Shown piece by piece: positions 49,512 through 61,768 of a stretch of DNA of 64,000 bases. The first letter of the stretch is position 1. Every line of letters begins with the position of its first letter. The position numbers and the translations under genes are program-made. Origin of the DNA: Lepidodermella squamata (taxonomy: Eukaryota; Animalia; Gastrotricha); the NCBI GenBank assembly GCA_047495785.1, contig JBLDXI010000054.1, positions 992,001 to 1,056,000 of the forward strand. The letters run 5' to 3'. The notes beneath the pieces were generated by a model. That model had not been told where the DNA came from and did not search any database. It was given only the letters and a program-made list of their open reading frames with translations.

Positions 49512-50296
49512 ACTATGTGGCAGACGAGAGTTCAGAATAAACATACCGGAGACTTCTGGGGCGGCGACGGGGAGAGACAAACGCTTTTGACGTGCTCACG
49601 CAGAGGCGGAACATGTCGAACGGCATTGTCAGCATAGCAGCTTTGAGCGACGGCCAGGAAGGCGGAGATGCTAGGCACGCGACACCGCTGCTCAAGGGCA
49701 GAGACGCTGAGGCGACCGTCCAGCCGAATGTGTAGAATAGCTCGAAGGCAGTTGTTCTTGGCGGCGGAGGAGAACACAACAGCCTTGAAGGTCGCAATGG
49801 AGCGGACGAGTGAAAGGTAAGTAGCGCGGCGCCATCTCAGAGACAGGCGCGGACGATGCACTATCGAGTGAAACCAGGACAAATTATGCCCGCAACATTG
49901 GAGGACGTGGTCTATGTGAGGCTTCCAAGAGAGCTTTTCATCGAAAATGAGCCCGAGTATGCGCGACGCTGTCACCTGGGGAACGGCGGCATCGCGTAGT
50001 TCGACTCGAAGGACCGGCGGCTGGCGAGAAAAAGCGATGACTTCGCTTTTAGAGGCATTAAATAGCTGGCGCTAAAGGCAGGCCCAGGCGACAATAGGAT
50101 CGACCTTGGCCTGGGCGAGTGCCTGAGCTTCGACAAAGGTAGCGCCCGTGCTGGCGAGGGTGAGGTCGTCGGCATGAGCGTCCCGGGAGGTCACAGGCGC
50201 ACTCGGTGATGCGAGTAGGTCGCTGGTGTAGACAAAGTAGAGGAGCGGAGAAAGCGGGGACCCTTGCGGAACACCGCACTGTAACACGACCTGCCG
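49512..50296 (-). mobile_element. 5'-truncated, frameshifted non-LTR retrotransposon (LINE) reverse transcriptase fragment
   Basis: GVPQGSPLSPLLYFVYTSDL, HADDL, ILGLIFDEKLSWKPHID motifs split across frames; GC-rich relative to flanks. Confidence 0.9.
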
Positions 50297-51087
50297 AGAG
50301 AGGAAACCGGCATCCCGATTCTTCTTTTGCCTTTCAACGTCTCAAGCCTGACTTTCTGCTAAAATCGTTCTCGTGTTTAGCCAATACCTTCTTTCCTGGT
50401 TGGCAGTTGAAGCGTTTTACCTGGGAAATTTCTCTCCATTGGTCCGTACGTTTATACATCAAGTCGGGTGAGTATTTCCTAATCAGAATTGACTCCGAAT
50501 TTTAGGTTTTAGCTCAGTCGATCGTGAGCAGTCATAAAAGCTATCCAAGCGGTTTCAATGTTTCACCATTTTTGCAGGCTTGTGATATTTCTTTACTTCA
50601 GACTTCAAATGATTATTTGTGTGATGTTAAAATAGTCGCATGCCGAATGATCGCTTACGTTTCATTGCAACAAATTCAACTTCAATGATGCGAAACATGA
50701 TCTTATTAGGTGAAGGGTGTAGGTAGGCAGCGTCTCACGTCACATTACAGCTGTGACTCGGAAACTGGAAACCCTCCTTTTCTGCACCTATGCTTCCTGT
50801 ACTGAAATGTTATTTGTCAAAGTTTAAAATGAAACATATGCCCACTTGGTAACTCGATTGCTAAAACTCTAGACGAGATTAGAATTGTTACACCCTGGAA
50901 TATTTGTATTATTCATGGAAATATATTTATACTACATAAAATTCCAGTTCAATTTTGACACGTTATAATCCCAGTTCCTTGAAAATGAAGCTGAAGTGAA
51001 AGTTCGAACCACTGATCATTTGAATTTTGCAACGTTGATACGAAGTGCAAATCATCACCAATTCATTCTGGTATTGATCAAAGCCCA

Positions 51088-52399
51088 TCAATACCGATCT
51101 GCTACGCGTGTTGTGCGTATTCCTACGATCGGGATAAATCGAAGCCATCCACACTTCATTGCTGAAATTCTATCGAACACAGTTTCGATGTGAGATGGGG
51201 TGATGCATCGAAGGACGGCGTTGAGAAAAATCCCAGTCATACAAGTGAATACTGCAAATTTCCTCACCCAAGCATCCTCCACAACCCAAGAACCGAACGA
51301 CCAGGTTACCATTGCGAAGGTTGAATAGAAACCCGGGACATAACTCGCAACCAGGATTAGATAACTGGCGATCGATATTTTCACTAAATATATTTCTTTC
51401 CTCTGCCATTCAGCCAAGTAGGACCTTGGCCTTGAATTCGTTGTAGAAATAGAAATAACCGTTTCAATTGTATGAGTCGCTTGCGTACCATGCGTGCCAT
51501 CACGTGACTTCTTCAAACGATCGATGGCTTTGAAAATTTTCCAGTAATTTATACCCAGGTACAAAGAACAACCCGGGAATAGAATGAAGTAGTAAAGCAA
51601 GATAAGAAATGACGTGTCAAAATCGCCATGGATACTGTAGTCCCAATCCCCGCAAACTAGAACTGGTTGATTGCTATTCACCCCAGCGATGACAACGCTT
51701 TGAACGGTTAGGGTATGCCATGGCCACCAGGCGAAGCTAGAAGTCGCTAATAAACAAGCTATCAGTAGAACGAAGTTCACTCCAGCTATCTGAAATGAAG
51801 AAACTATTGATTCGCAATCAAAATCGATATTCATCTACCTTAAAAGTATTTGGCTTGTAGTTTATCTTATTCGAGGTGATGCAGAGCCGTCGTTCGTAAG
51901 AGATCGAAGCTTCAATGACTAGACCAAAGCCCCCAGATGCCCAGATTAGCCAGATAGTTATCGTACATGCTTCATCTGTAGATTCCCACCAGCCTGTCCG
52001 AACAACGGCCAACAATCCGTAGCAGTAGCAAATCGAGAACACCACATTTCTGGCATGCAGACAGCACGTTAGCATGAGGAAATCTCGCTTAACCCCGCGA
52101 CGAACGTACAGGTAGATGTTTATAATAGAAGCGATGATTGTTAGGATAGTCACTAATGTACATGCAATTGTCCAACCGAGACGGTCTTGCACACTAGTAG
52201 ACGTAACGTCGTGATAGAAAGGGACGTAGTAAGGCTTAGCCCGGCCATAGCCCCTTTCAGGTAAATCTACTTCGAGCCATGCGCCGTTTAATATTTTAGT
52301 ATATGGCCCTGCATTTTCGTTTGTGATATTCGCTGAAATATTCATTCGAAGAGCGTATGGCGTTGTAGCTATACTTGTAGCTTCCAGCGAGGCGTTCAT
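51088..52399 (-). CDS. Divergent class A 7TM receptor G4; intron 51790-51838; start 52399 or 52345
   Basis: Paralog of G2 with conserved intron position. Confidence 0.85.
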
Positions 52400-52989
52400 T
52401 GCAATCAAGTAATAGATAATAAATCGAGTTTCAACATTTGAAACAGTTCAAAAATTCGCTAATCGAGTTGAGAAGAGTGAATTCGCGAAGTTGATCGGAT
52501 GTGAGCGCTATAATTTGTCGCGACTGCGACTAATGGCTTTAAGGCATATCCGGACCTTGGAAGCGTTCAGCAGCTTCAGAACCTCTATTTTCTCCACTCA
52601 TTGCTTCCTGTCTCCAATTTCGTTTCTACTTATTCTTCGCGACTGAATATCAACCTCCTTTAAACCCAGAGAGATTAAGACACTAAGTGCACAAGCCGCA
52701 TCGAATATCGAACAAATGACAGGTTCCTTGCTGAGCCATAGCTTGCGATCCAACAGCAACAAGCATACAAAAAAGCTCTCATGCTTATTTGTGTAGAAAC
52801 GAAACATTAAAACGGCAGAAATTAACCAATGAGATGAATAAAAATTGCAACCCGCAAAGAGAGATTACCACTCAAATGAAGTCATTCGAAAATAAATGTT
52901 GAGTTGCAACAACAGGGAACCTGATACAGAAGATTTATTATCAATCACTGAATTGAAAATCATCAATCCACATCTTCGTTAAGATTCAG

Positions 52990-53792
52990 CTATCGTCGCC
53001 GATGACCGCGAGAGTGGAATGCCCCAAAATGGCCGTGAGAGTGAGACGTGTGGAAATTGCTGTGCGAATGAGAAGTGTGGAAATGGCTGCGAAATGGTCC
53101 CGATTCGTGATTAAAAGCTCTGCCCCTGCGTCTTCCGCTAATTTCGATATTACAGCGTCCAAGTAGTTTGTTGCATTTCGGACACGTATGGACAACTGGG
53201 AAGAGTTTAGAAAAGTTACATAGAGGTGTGATGAAACATCAAAACTGACCATCTTTGAAACCGCTGATCAGGAAAGCCACGAAAAAGAGGCTATCAAATG
53301 GAAAAAATTGATGAAATCCAAAGGAAGAACTGATATCACTTACGGCAAAAAGCCAAAAGCTAGGAGAAAGCAGAGAATCCAGTTTCCCATACCAATCTCA
53401 TAATTTGTTACTGTTTGAACTTCCTCATTGCAGCTGTCGCATTTCCAGCGTATCGAATGCCGGGCAGTATAAGGCGTGTTGGTTTGATCAATCGTGTTGA
53501 CGCCCATCGGTTGCTGCATCGCGATCACCGACGCCTCCATTATAGGCTTGATGATAGGGATAGGCCGCAATATTTGCTTCGTTTGCTGCTTCAAAATTAA
53601 GATTATGAAATTAATCCATATTGCAATGTCACCTGGCATCACTACTGTAGCAGGAGAGATAGGTTGAGCTGCCGTATACTGAATTTCAATAGGCTGCTGC
53701 ATCATGCCAATTCCACTAGTGTAATATGGAAGTGGAGGATAAAGCTGATTCGATATGTCCAATGGAGGATCATTATTGAAATGATCACTCAT
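52990..53792 (-). CDS. LITAF-like protein L4 with His/Ser-rich tail
   Basis: LYPPLPYY; RWKCDSCNEEVQTVTNYEIGMGNWILCFLLAFGFLP; VHTCPKCNKLLGRC..SHFHTSHSHSNFHTSHSHGHFGAFHSRGHRRR*. Confidence 0.88.
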
Positions 53793-54248
53793 TTTAAAGC
53801 CTAAAACTGCAGAAAATGCCTATTCAACAATCGGAAACAATCGCCGGATGTTTCGCAACCTAGTCTGCGAACCCTGTGGCCAGAACCTATGGAAGTCCAA
53901 AAGCCCTATAAAGCATCGTTGTAAGTTGTAAGGCTGAATCAGCATGATCCCTAAAACGGGGGCTGTGATGCTATCGAAAATTGCGTGGACTTTTCTTAAT
54001 GATTGATGCAGCATGTTGATCATTTATTCATAAGCCAGTTGAACACGAAGCGGTGTGAGGACCCCTAGAAAAATCAGCCCACGTTAATCTATAGAATTTT
54101 CTTTTCTCATAACATAAGAACAAACAATTGAAGTGAGAACGATAGACGATGTATAAATGACTCACGCTTCAAGACTCAAAAGTGTTCCCAAGCTTCAGAT
54201 TTGAGAAGATTGTTGCTAAACTTCAAAATTCATTAGTTAAATGTTAAA

Positions 54249-55497
54249 TTAATAAGCCGCAGCTATGCGAGTTGTTCGCCTTCCAAAGGTCGGAATGAAT
54301 CGAAGCCAACCACATTTCATAGAGGAAATCCTTTCTAGCAGGGCTTCGATGTGAGACGGGGTGATAGATTGAAGAACTGAGTTGAGAAATTCGCCGAACA
54401 TACAACTAAATACTGCAAATTTTCTAACCCATGCATCTTCCGCTACCCAGGACCCAAATGACCATGTTACCGTGGAGAAGGACGCGTAGAAACCAGGAAC
54501 GTATGTTACCAGCATGATTATGAAATTTCCTATTGACATTTTGACAAGATAAATCTCTTTCCGCTGCCATTCAGCCAGATAGGATCGAGTTCTTGAATTT
54601 GTTGTAGGAGTTCGTGTCCCAAGTGTCGGAGTTCCGTGCGTTCCATTTTGTGACTTCTTCAAGCGACCGATGGCTTTGAAAATTTTCCAGTAATTGAAAA
54701 CCAGGTAAGTAGTGCAGCCAGGGAACATAATGAAGTAATATATCAAGATCAGGATCGATGTGTCAAAATCTCCGTAAAGACTGTATTCCCAGTTGCCGCA
54801 AACTAGAACTGATTGATTGTTATTCACCCCAGGAATGACAATTTGCATTGTTGTAACAGTGTTCCAAGGCCACCAGGCAAAAGTGGACGTAGCAATAAGA
54901 CAAGCTACCAACACGAAAAAATTCACTGCAGCGATCTGTTGAAAGAAATATTAGAATAAGAGCGTAATATTCATGTATCTATACCTTGAAAGTATTCGGC
55001 TTATAGTTGATCTTGTTGGAGGTGATACACAGCCGTCTTTCGTAAGAGATCGAAGCTTCAATGACTAAGCCATAGCCTCCAGCTGCCCAGATCAACCACA
55101 TGGTGAGCGTACAAGCTTCTTTGGGTGCTTCCCACCAACCGGTTCGGACAACAGATAACAAACCGTAGCAGTAACAAATTGAGAAAAATGCATTTCTGCC
55201 ATGTAGGCAGCAAGTTAGCATGAGAAAATCACGCTTCACTCCTCGACGAACGTATATGTAAATATTTACAATTGATGCGATGATTGCAAGGACAGTCATT
55301 AAAGTGCATGCGATTGTCCAACCGAGTCGGTCTTGCACACTCTTTGATTCAACGTCATGATAGAAAGGGACGTAGTAAGGCTTGGCTCGGCCGTAACCTC
55401 TTTCAGGTAAATCTACCTCGAGCCAGGCGCCGTTCAGTATTTTCGCATATGGCGCTACAGCTTTGCTTGTAGCACTCTCATTCATTGAGATATTCAT
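54249..55497 (-). CDS. Divergent class A 7TM receptor G5; intron 54936-54984
   Basis: Paralog of G1-G4. Confidence 0.85.
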
Positions 55498-56431
55498 TTC
55501 AATATAGAGCTATGTCGCAGTAGGAAACTTTAAGAAATGTCGCTTTTTGTTCCCACAACATTATTAGGAAAGGTGTGTATCAACATTTGCCACCTCTGCA
55601 GATAATGACTAATGGATTCTAATCGCGTATGTCTTCCGGATTCCGAGTGCTTGCAGGCGTTGAGAGGCGTTAGAAACCTTTACACGTAATGCTTCCTGTA
55701 CTGAATTGTTTCGACAGCGTTTCGACATTTTAACGCGTCATACCGGACTTCTGCCAATCACAAATGCTAAAAGCTAAAACTCTACGCGTGTTTATCATAT
55801 ACATTAAACATTATTTATGCTTGGCAAATCTCCCTGTGCGTTACCGCAAAATCAATTCTTAATTACGGTTGGGTGGCAATTTCAAATAAACCGCTTCCTT
55901 TGTCTTCGAAAACCCCTCAGAAAAGTTACACCTAGCGCCTAGTGGTAACTATCGACACCTGATTTCAGTTTTCAGAACGACTTTGATAGCCATGAGAGTA
56001 ACACAGCAAACTATACAGTTTTTCACGTAAAATCGCGTCGTGCAGTCTAAATATTAACACCGCCTTAGACAGATGAGCTATTGCTGCGCCAAATATTGCT
56101 TTTTCCTGATTTTACAAAAGAAATGAAAATTTCATCGACATATTTTTTCTCGGCAAACAACCTGGCATTTTAGGTCATGCAAAGGAGCTAGCATGGTAAG
56201 TTCTCTGAACCATTTTATGCGAGCATCAGCTGAATAAATCAGAAATTGCGCGAGGTGAGAACCGTCGGAGAAACAATTTTCAATTAGAAAAAAATATTTT
56301 TATTTTTTCTCTACATATTTGCAGTGGAAAGCCACTTAGCAAATTTACAGCTGAGTAAATAAAATAAATTACAAGTACAAGAAACGGTTCGGGATCTTCA
56401 AGAAAAAAAGAACGCGCTAATTTTTTCCAAT

Positions 56432-58487
56432 ATGGGTGAATATTTTAAACTGAAGTCAAATTCACGAAACTTCTCCTCGCGCATTTATTACTACGCTTTG
56501 CTGGCCGTTGTCATCATCATTGTTTCAGCCTACACATGGAACAGTTCGGATAGATTCAATGCTGCCACACGTTCAGAGTGCTTCTGGAGTTCGGAAGCCT
56601 TGAGCAATATTTCGGCCGAAATGTTGTTTTGCAACGCGTCTGACGGCTTTGACGATTCATCGACCATTGCGGACTACCTGCACGACCTTGAATTGCGAAA
56701 CAAACAGGCTGATCTTCTCGTTGATGTGATACTGCACCAATTCATAGCGGAAATTCGGCAATCTATGGACGGAACGACCCAATCAGTACCGCCAAAGGCA
56801 AGAACTAATTCATGGTAGAAAAAATCGATAATTTGACTACAATTTGATTCAGTTTTCAAAGTAGGATGCTCGATCTAGGGGGTATTTTCGGGGCCGAATC
56901 TTATGACCAAAAGGTACCCCTGGGTTTTTTGAGGTTTTCCACCCTTGGCCATAAAATTGGGGCCCGAAAATACCACCTAGATCGAGCATCCTACTTCGCG
57001 CACTAACGGAGAGGAAGAGGAGAGGGAGGAATGGGAATGAGGGGTGTCGTACCCCCAGTTCACAAATTCAAACTCCGCAAACTCCAAAAATACAACAAAC
57101 AAAAAACCCAGGGGGACCCTTCGGTCATGAAATTTGGGTCCGAAAATACTCCCTAGATCATACTTACTTACTTACTTACTTCGCACAAAGGAAAACAAAT
57201 CTGAATTGTCGACAATTAGAGACACAAAAGGAAATTAAATTCTGATTTTCTCGAAGACAGAATCCATATTTTTGCTTCAATTATTTATGTTTTACAAATT
57301 TTCAAGTAGATCACTTTCCATGATTTTCACAGGTTTTCGAGTATCGATGCGTCGTTGGATTGAATTGCGGCGGATTTGCTGACCGTTTACGAGGCGTCAT
57401 ATCGTCCTTCTACTTTTCATTAGCCCTCAACCGGCCTCTATTAATTAACTGGTCAAAACAAAATCGGCTCTCAGAATATTTTCCCGTCGATTTATACGAT
57501 AGCGAGAAACTGAAGGAAATCGACGAAAGTTCTGTGGAAATTTTCAGATATTTCGACTTTGTAGGCGAGTTACAAATTTACACCGATATGAGCGATGCTA
57601 CATTTAAGGGATATATTGAAAACACGGCTCATGCGATTTTCAATACTAATTCAATGGTTCCGATTTTGATGATGCTGAAAAACCCAGAATTTCACAATTT
57701 TCTGCGAAGAATTGTCCTGCCCATTCTCGATCGAACTTCAGCATTAAAGATCGACGGATCCATCTTAATCACAGCGGCGTTGAGGATTCTGCTACCTCAC
57801 CCACGTGAGGAATTGGCGGAACTATTCAGCCGATGTGTTATGGTAGATTCATCAAAGTGGAATAATTCTTACAAAATCGGCGTTCAAATTCGATTGGGAG
57901 ATGACGATAAATTCTTCATGGAGCCTGAGGAAGTTTCTTGTTACGGTGATATGGTTGCTAACCAAATTTTAGCTGCTAACAGAACGAAATTCATTATTTT
58001 CCTAACAGCAGACAAGTTATTGAAGGAAAATCTCCAGCTGATAGAAAAATCGATTTTTCGAAAAATCGATAATAGATCGATCGAAATCGATATTGTGTCC
58101 ACAAGCGATCGATGCCCTGAACTTGAAGCTCATCATTCTCAATATGATGAGCCTAAAGATGCGAATCAAACCTGGTTGTTCTACGCTCGGACTTTCCTCG
58201 ATTTCTACGTTCTGACACGCATGGATGAACTCGTGATTTCGCGAAGTGGTTACAGCGAAATGGCGTCATTCCACAGCCTGCGACCTACATTGCGGTACAT
58301 TTGTAGAAAATGTGAATTCAACAAGCAATTCATTGGTGAAATCGTGTCACTTGAGCATGGCTATGGTAAAGCAATTATGTTTGAAAATGCTGATAATAGT
58401 GGCGGCTCTTGTCATTTTCAACATTTCAATCGTATTGGGACCACGTTCGCCTTTGAATCTTTTTTTGTAGAAGAGGAAATTTCATGA
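56432..58487 (+). CDS. Type II membrane fucosyltransferase-like glycosyltransferase (GT-B; alpha2/alpha6/O-FucT superfamily motifs); exons 56432-56797, 57333-58487
   Basis: Short basic tail + TM anchor + stem; CGGFADRLRG; motif I KIGVQIRLGD; motif II IFLTAD; motif III DFYVLTRMDELVISRSGYS. Confidence 0.8.
56850..57005. mobile_element. MITE, best-preserved copy of the ~150-bp family, in the fucosyltransferase intron; second inverted partial copy ~57100-57187
   Basis: AGTAGGATGCTCGATCTAGG.GGTATTTTCGGG / CCCGAAAATACC.CCTAGATCGAGCATCCTACT inverted arms. Confidence 0.8.
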
Positions 58488-58678
58488 AGTAAAAACATTG
58501 TGCAGCCCCTTTTACAAACATTCTCACGAGGTTCATTTTTCGTACTCAAACTATGTAGATTTGAATGATACATCCAGATTGTGCAGAATTCAATGAAGCT
58601 CTCAGCTTTGATGATCGTATTACGGCGCTGTTGAATAATCTTTCTAATGAGAGAGGGAGTGGGAAGGGGAATTTGTTA

Positions 58679-58915
58679 CAGTGCGTGAAGTAGGACGTTG
58701 GAACTGGGGTATTTTCTGGCCCAAATTTTAAGACTAAGTGTGGATTTGTTTGGCTTTTTCTACTTTGGACTTTGGACTTCAATTTAGTCCACGGTTTTGA
58801 CCAAACAGTGCGCGAAGTAGAATCCTCGAATTATTAGGGGTATATTTGGAGCTTGGACCCCATAGTTGGACCCCATTTTTTATTGCCAAACTATTGGTGG
58901 TTTTTTTCACCTTGG
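58679..58915. mobile_element. Two adjacent degenerate MITE copies
   Basis: CAGTGCGTGAAGTAGG at 58679 and CAGTGCGCGAAGTAG at 58806. Confidence 0.55.
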
Positions 58916-59090
58916 GTAACAGAAAACAGAAAACAGAAATAGAGCTTTTGGAGTAAGATTAGAGACAATCTTGCATCGCGAACGATTTCCACGAATTGAG
59001 AGAACAAAGAACTCTGGTCAACATTTATTTGATATACAGTATATAAGTGAAAATTGGGAAAACAGTAACTAGTAACGGTGAGTTCAGAAT

Positions 59091-60395
59091 TCAGGACTTC
59101 GCAGTGTTTTCACTAATCAATGTTTCCCTGCTACGGGGGGCTGTACGCCTTTTAAATTTCGGAATAAATCGATGCCAATCACATTTCATCGATGAAATCT
59201 TATCGAACAGGGTTTCGACGTGAGATGGAGTGATAGATTGAAGGACAGCGTTAAGAAAAATGCCTGTCATGTAATTGAAAAATGCAAACTTCCTAACCCA
59301 GGCATCCTCCGCAGCCCAAGAGCCGAATGACCATGTTACTGTGATAAAGTTTGAAATGAACCCTGGCAGATATGTCACGATCAGAATTATGACACTGGCT
59401 ATCGACATTTTGACCAAATAAATCTCTTTCCGCTGCCATTCAGCCAGGTTAGATCGAGTTCGTGGTTTGTTTGTTGAGTTCGTTGAGTTTGTTGTATTAC
59501 TTCGTGTCCCAAGCGTCGGAGTTCCATTCGTTCCATTATTTCCATTACGCGACTTCTTCAAACGGTCGATTGCTTTGAAAGTTTTCCAGTAGTTGTGAAC
59601 GAAATATGTAGCACAGCAAGGGAACACAATGAAATAGTAGAGCAAGATTAGAAACGATGTATCGAAATCACCGTAAAGACTGTAGTCCCAGTTGCCGCAA
59701 ACTAGAACTGATTGATTGTTATTCACCCCAAGAATGACAACTCGCTGCGTTGTTACTGTGTGCCAAGGCCACCAGACAAAGCTAGAAGTAGCAAGCAGAC
59801 AAGCTACTAGCAGACAAACATTTATTGCAGCTAACTGAAATAGGAATTAGTATGCAATTAGTATGAGACCTCTTTTTCATGCAACTACCTTGAAGGTGTT
59901 TGGCTTATAGTTTATCTTGTTCGAGGTGATGCAGAGCCGCCTTTCGTAAGAGATAGAAGCATCGATGGCTATACCATAGCCGCCAACTGTCCATGTTAGC
60001 CAGATGGTTATCGTACAGGCTTCTTGGGTGGACTCCCACCAGCCTGTCTGAAGAACGGCCAACAAACCATAGCAGTAGCAAGTCATGATGAGTGCATTTC
60101 GAACGTGTATGCAGCATGTTAGGATGAGAAAATCGCGTTGAACCCCTCTGCGAACGTAACTGTATATGTTGCCGATTGACGCGATGATTGCGAGAATTGC
60201 AATTGACGTGCAAGCTATTGTCCAACCCAGGCGGTCGTTCACATTCTTCGATGCAACGTCGTGGTAGAAGGAAACGTAATAAGGCTTAGCCCGGCCGTAA
60301 CCTCTTTCGGGTAAATTCACCTCGAGCCATGCGCCATTAAGTATTTTCGCATATATCACTGCCGTTATGTTTTCTGTATTCCCTGAGGTATTCAT
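59091..60395 (-). CDS. Divergent class A 7TM receptor G6; intron 59835-59888
   Basis: Paralog of G5. Confidence 0.85.
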
Positions 60396-60990
60396 CTGAA
60401 AATCAGGCTTGATTCAAGCTTCAAACTGTTCAGAAGTAACAACTAGGAGTTTCGGTACTGTTCAGAAGTTATTATATAGTGAGAAATAGGTTCACCAGGA
60501 CAGCTAATAGATATGACGCGTCCGGATTATTCAAACGCCTATTAGTTCTACCCTGTGCTCCAGGTCTAGGACTTTCGCAACTTATCAGAATGACTTCATA
60601 TCAAACGCAATCTAAAATCCCATCAAACACGGATTTCCCCTGCTTTCTTTCCTGTCAGTGTTTTTCAATCAGACGTCCATACGTGTATCCCACTGGTCTC
60701 TCGGTCAGTGCGTCAAGCAGGAAATAGGAAAAGTATGTACAGTATGTCCAATAAGTTTAGATTTGTCTGATATTGTACCTCTGTTTCAATCGCTTTTTTA
60801 TGGTCTTTTGATCGGATCAAAACTGAGCCGCAGTTACCCACCTTGAAATTTTATATTGTCTGATAGAGCAGCTCGAATTTTACGAGCATCCAAAGTTGCC
60901 GTTTGAGTTTCTGAGATTTTAGCTTGAGTTTCTACTCTCATCATTTTATTCTCCAAGGAACATCCGTCTCATGCATCATTTGCACTCAAC

Positions 60991-61628
60991 TCAATACGGA
61001 TTTACATTGTTCCGCTGCAGATAGTAATCAGGTACACGAAATATGCAGTTATTCCGAAAAACAACACATCGGCCAAGTTCATGATTACATTTCGGGCACG
61101 TATGAACCGCTGTTAAAATCAGAATAAAAATGAATATTGACGAATATTCCCAAATCAAAACTCACCATCTTTTATCGCTTTCATGATAAAAGGCAAGAAA
61201 AATAGCCTGTTGGCAAAAAAAAATAGAGACTTGAATTAAGGATTGCCTTCAAAAGGTCTTACGGGAGAAAAAAGAAGAATAGGACGAAAACGAAAAACCA
61301 AGTTCCGTAACTGATTGCGTAGTCGATTTTCGTTTCCACTACCATTTCGCAATTACTACAAAACACTTGAACCGGTAATCGACTGTTGTTCGGGGTGAAC
61401 AACGGAATAGCCGCTGTTGTAAAATTATATTAAAATACATTTCTGAATACGGCGGATTGAAATACCAGTTTGCACGATAGGAACATTAGCGGCTTGCTGA
61501 GTGACATAAGGCTGCTGCTGGGCTACAGTTATATAAACGGGATAAGGAGGAGGAGGCCCGGGGTAACCTCCATCCGCAATTCTCGAGTTTGGATCCCCGT
61601 TAAAATTTATTGTAACATTTATGCTCAT
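60991..61628 (-). CDS. LITAF-like protein L5 with PPPPY motif (4 exons)
   Basis: GGYPGPPPPYPVY; VQVFCSNCEMVVETKIDYAISYGTWFFVFVLFFFFLP; VHTCPKCNHELGRC..NPY*. Confidence 0.88.
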
Positions 61629-61768
61629 TGCAAATGTTAACCTCAAAACTAGTGCATAAAAAGTTGCCAGCTGGCAGCGAATTTATTCATTCATAGCCAT
61701 TCAATTATTAATGATGAATGCCTATTGATCTGCCACGCATTTTTTTATTAATGTTCGCATATTTTGGC

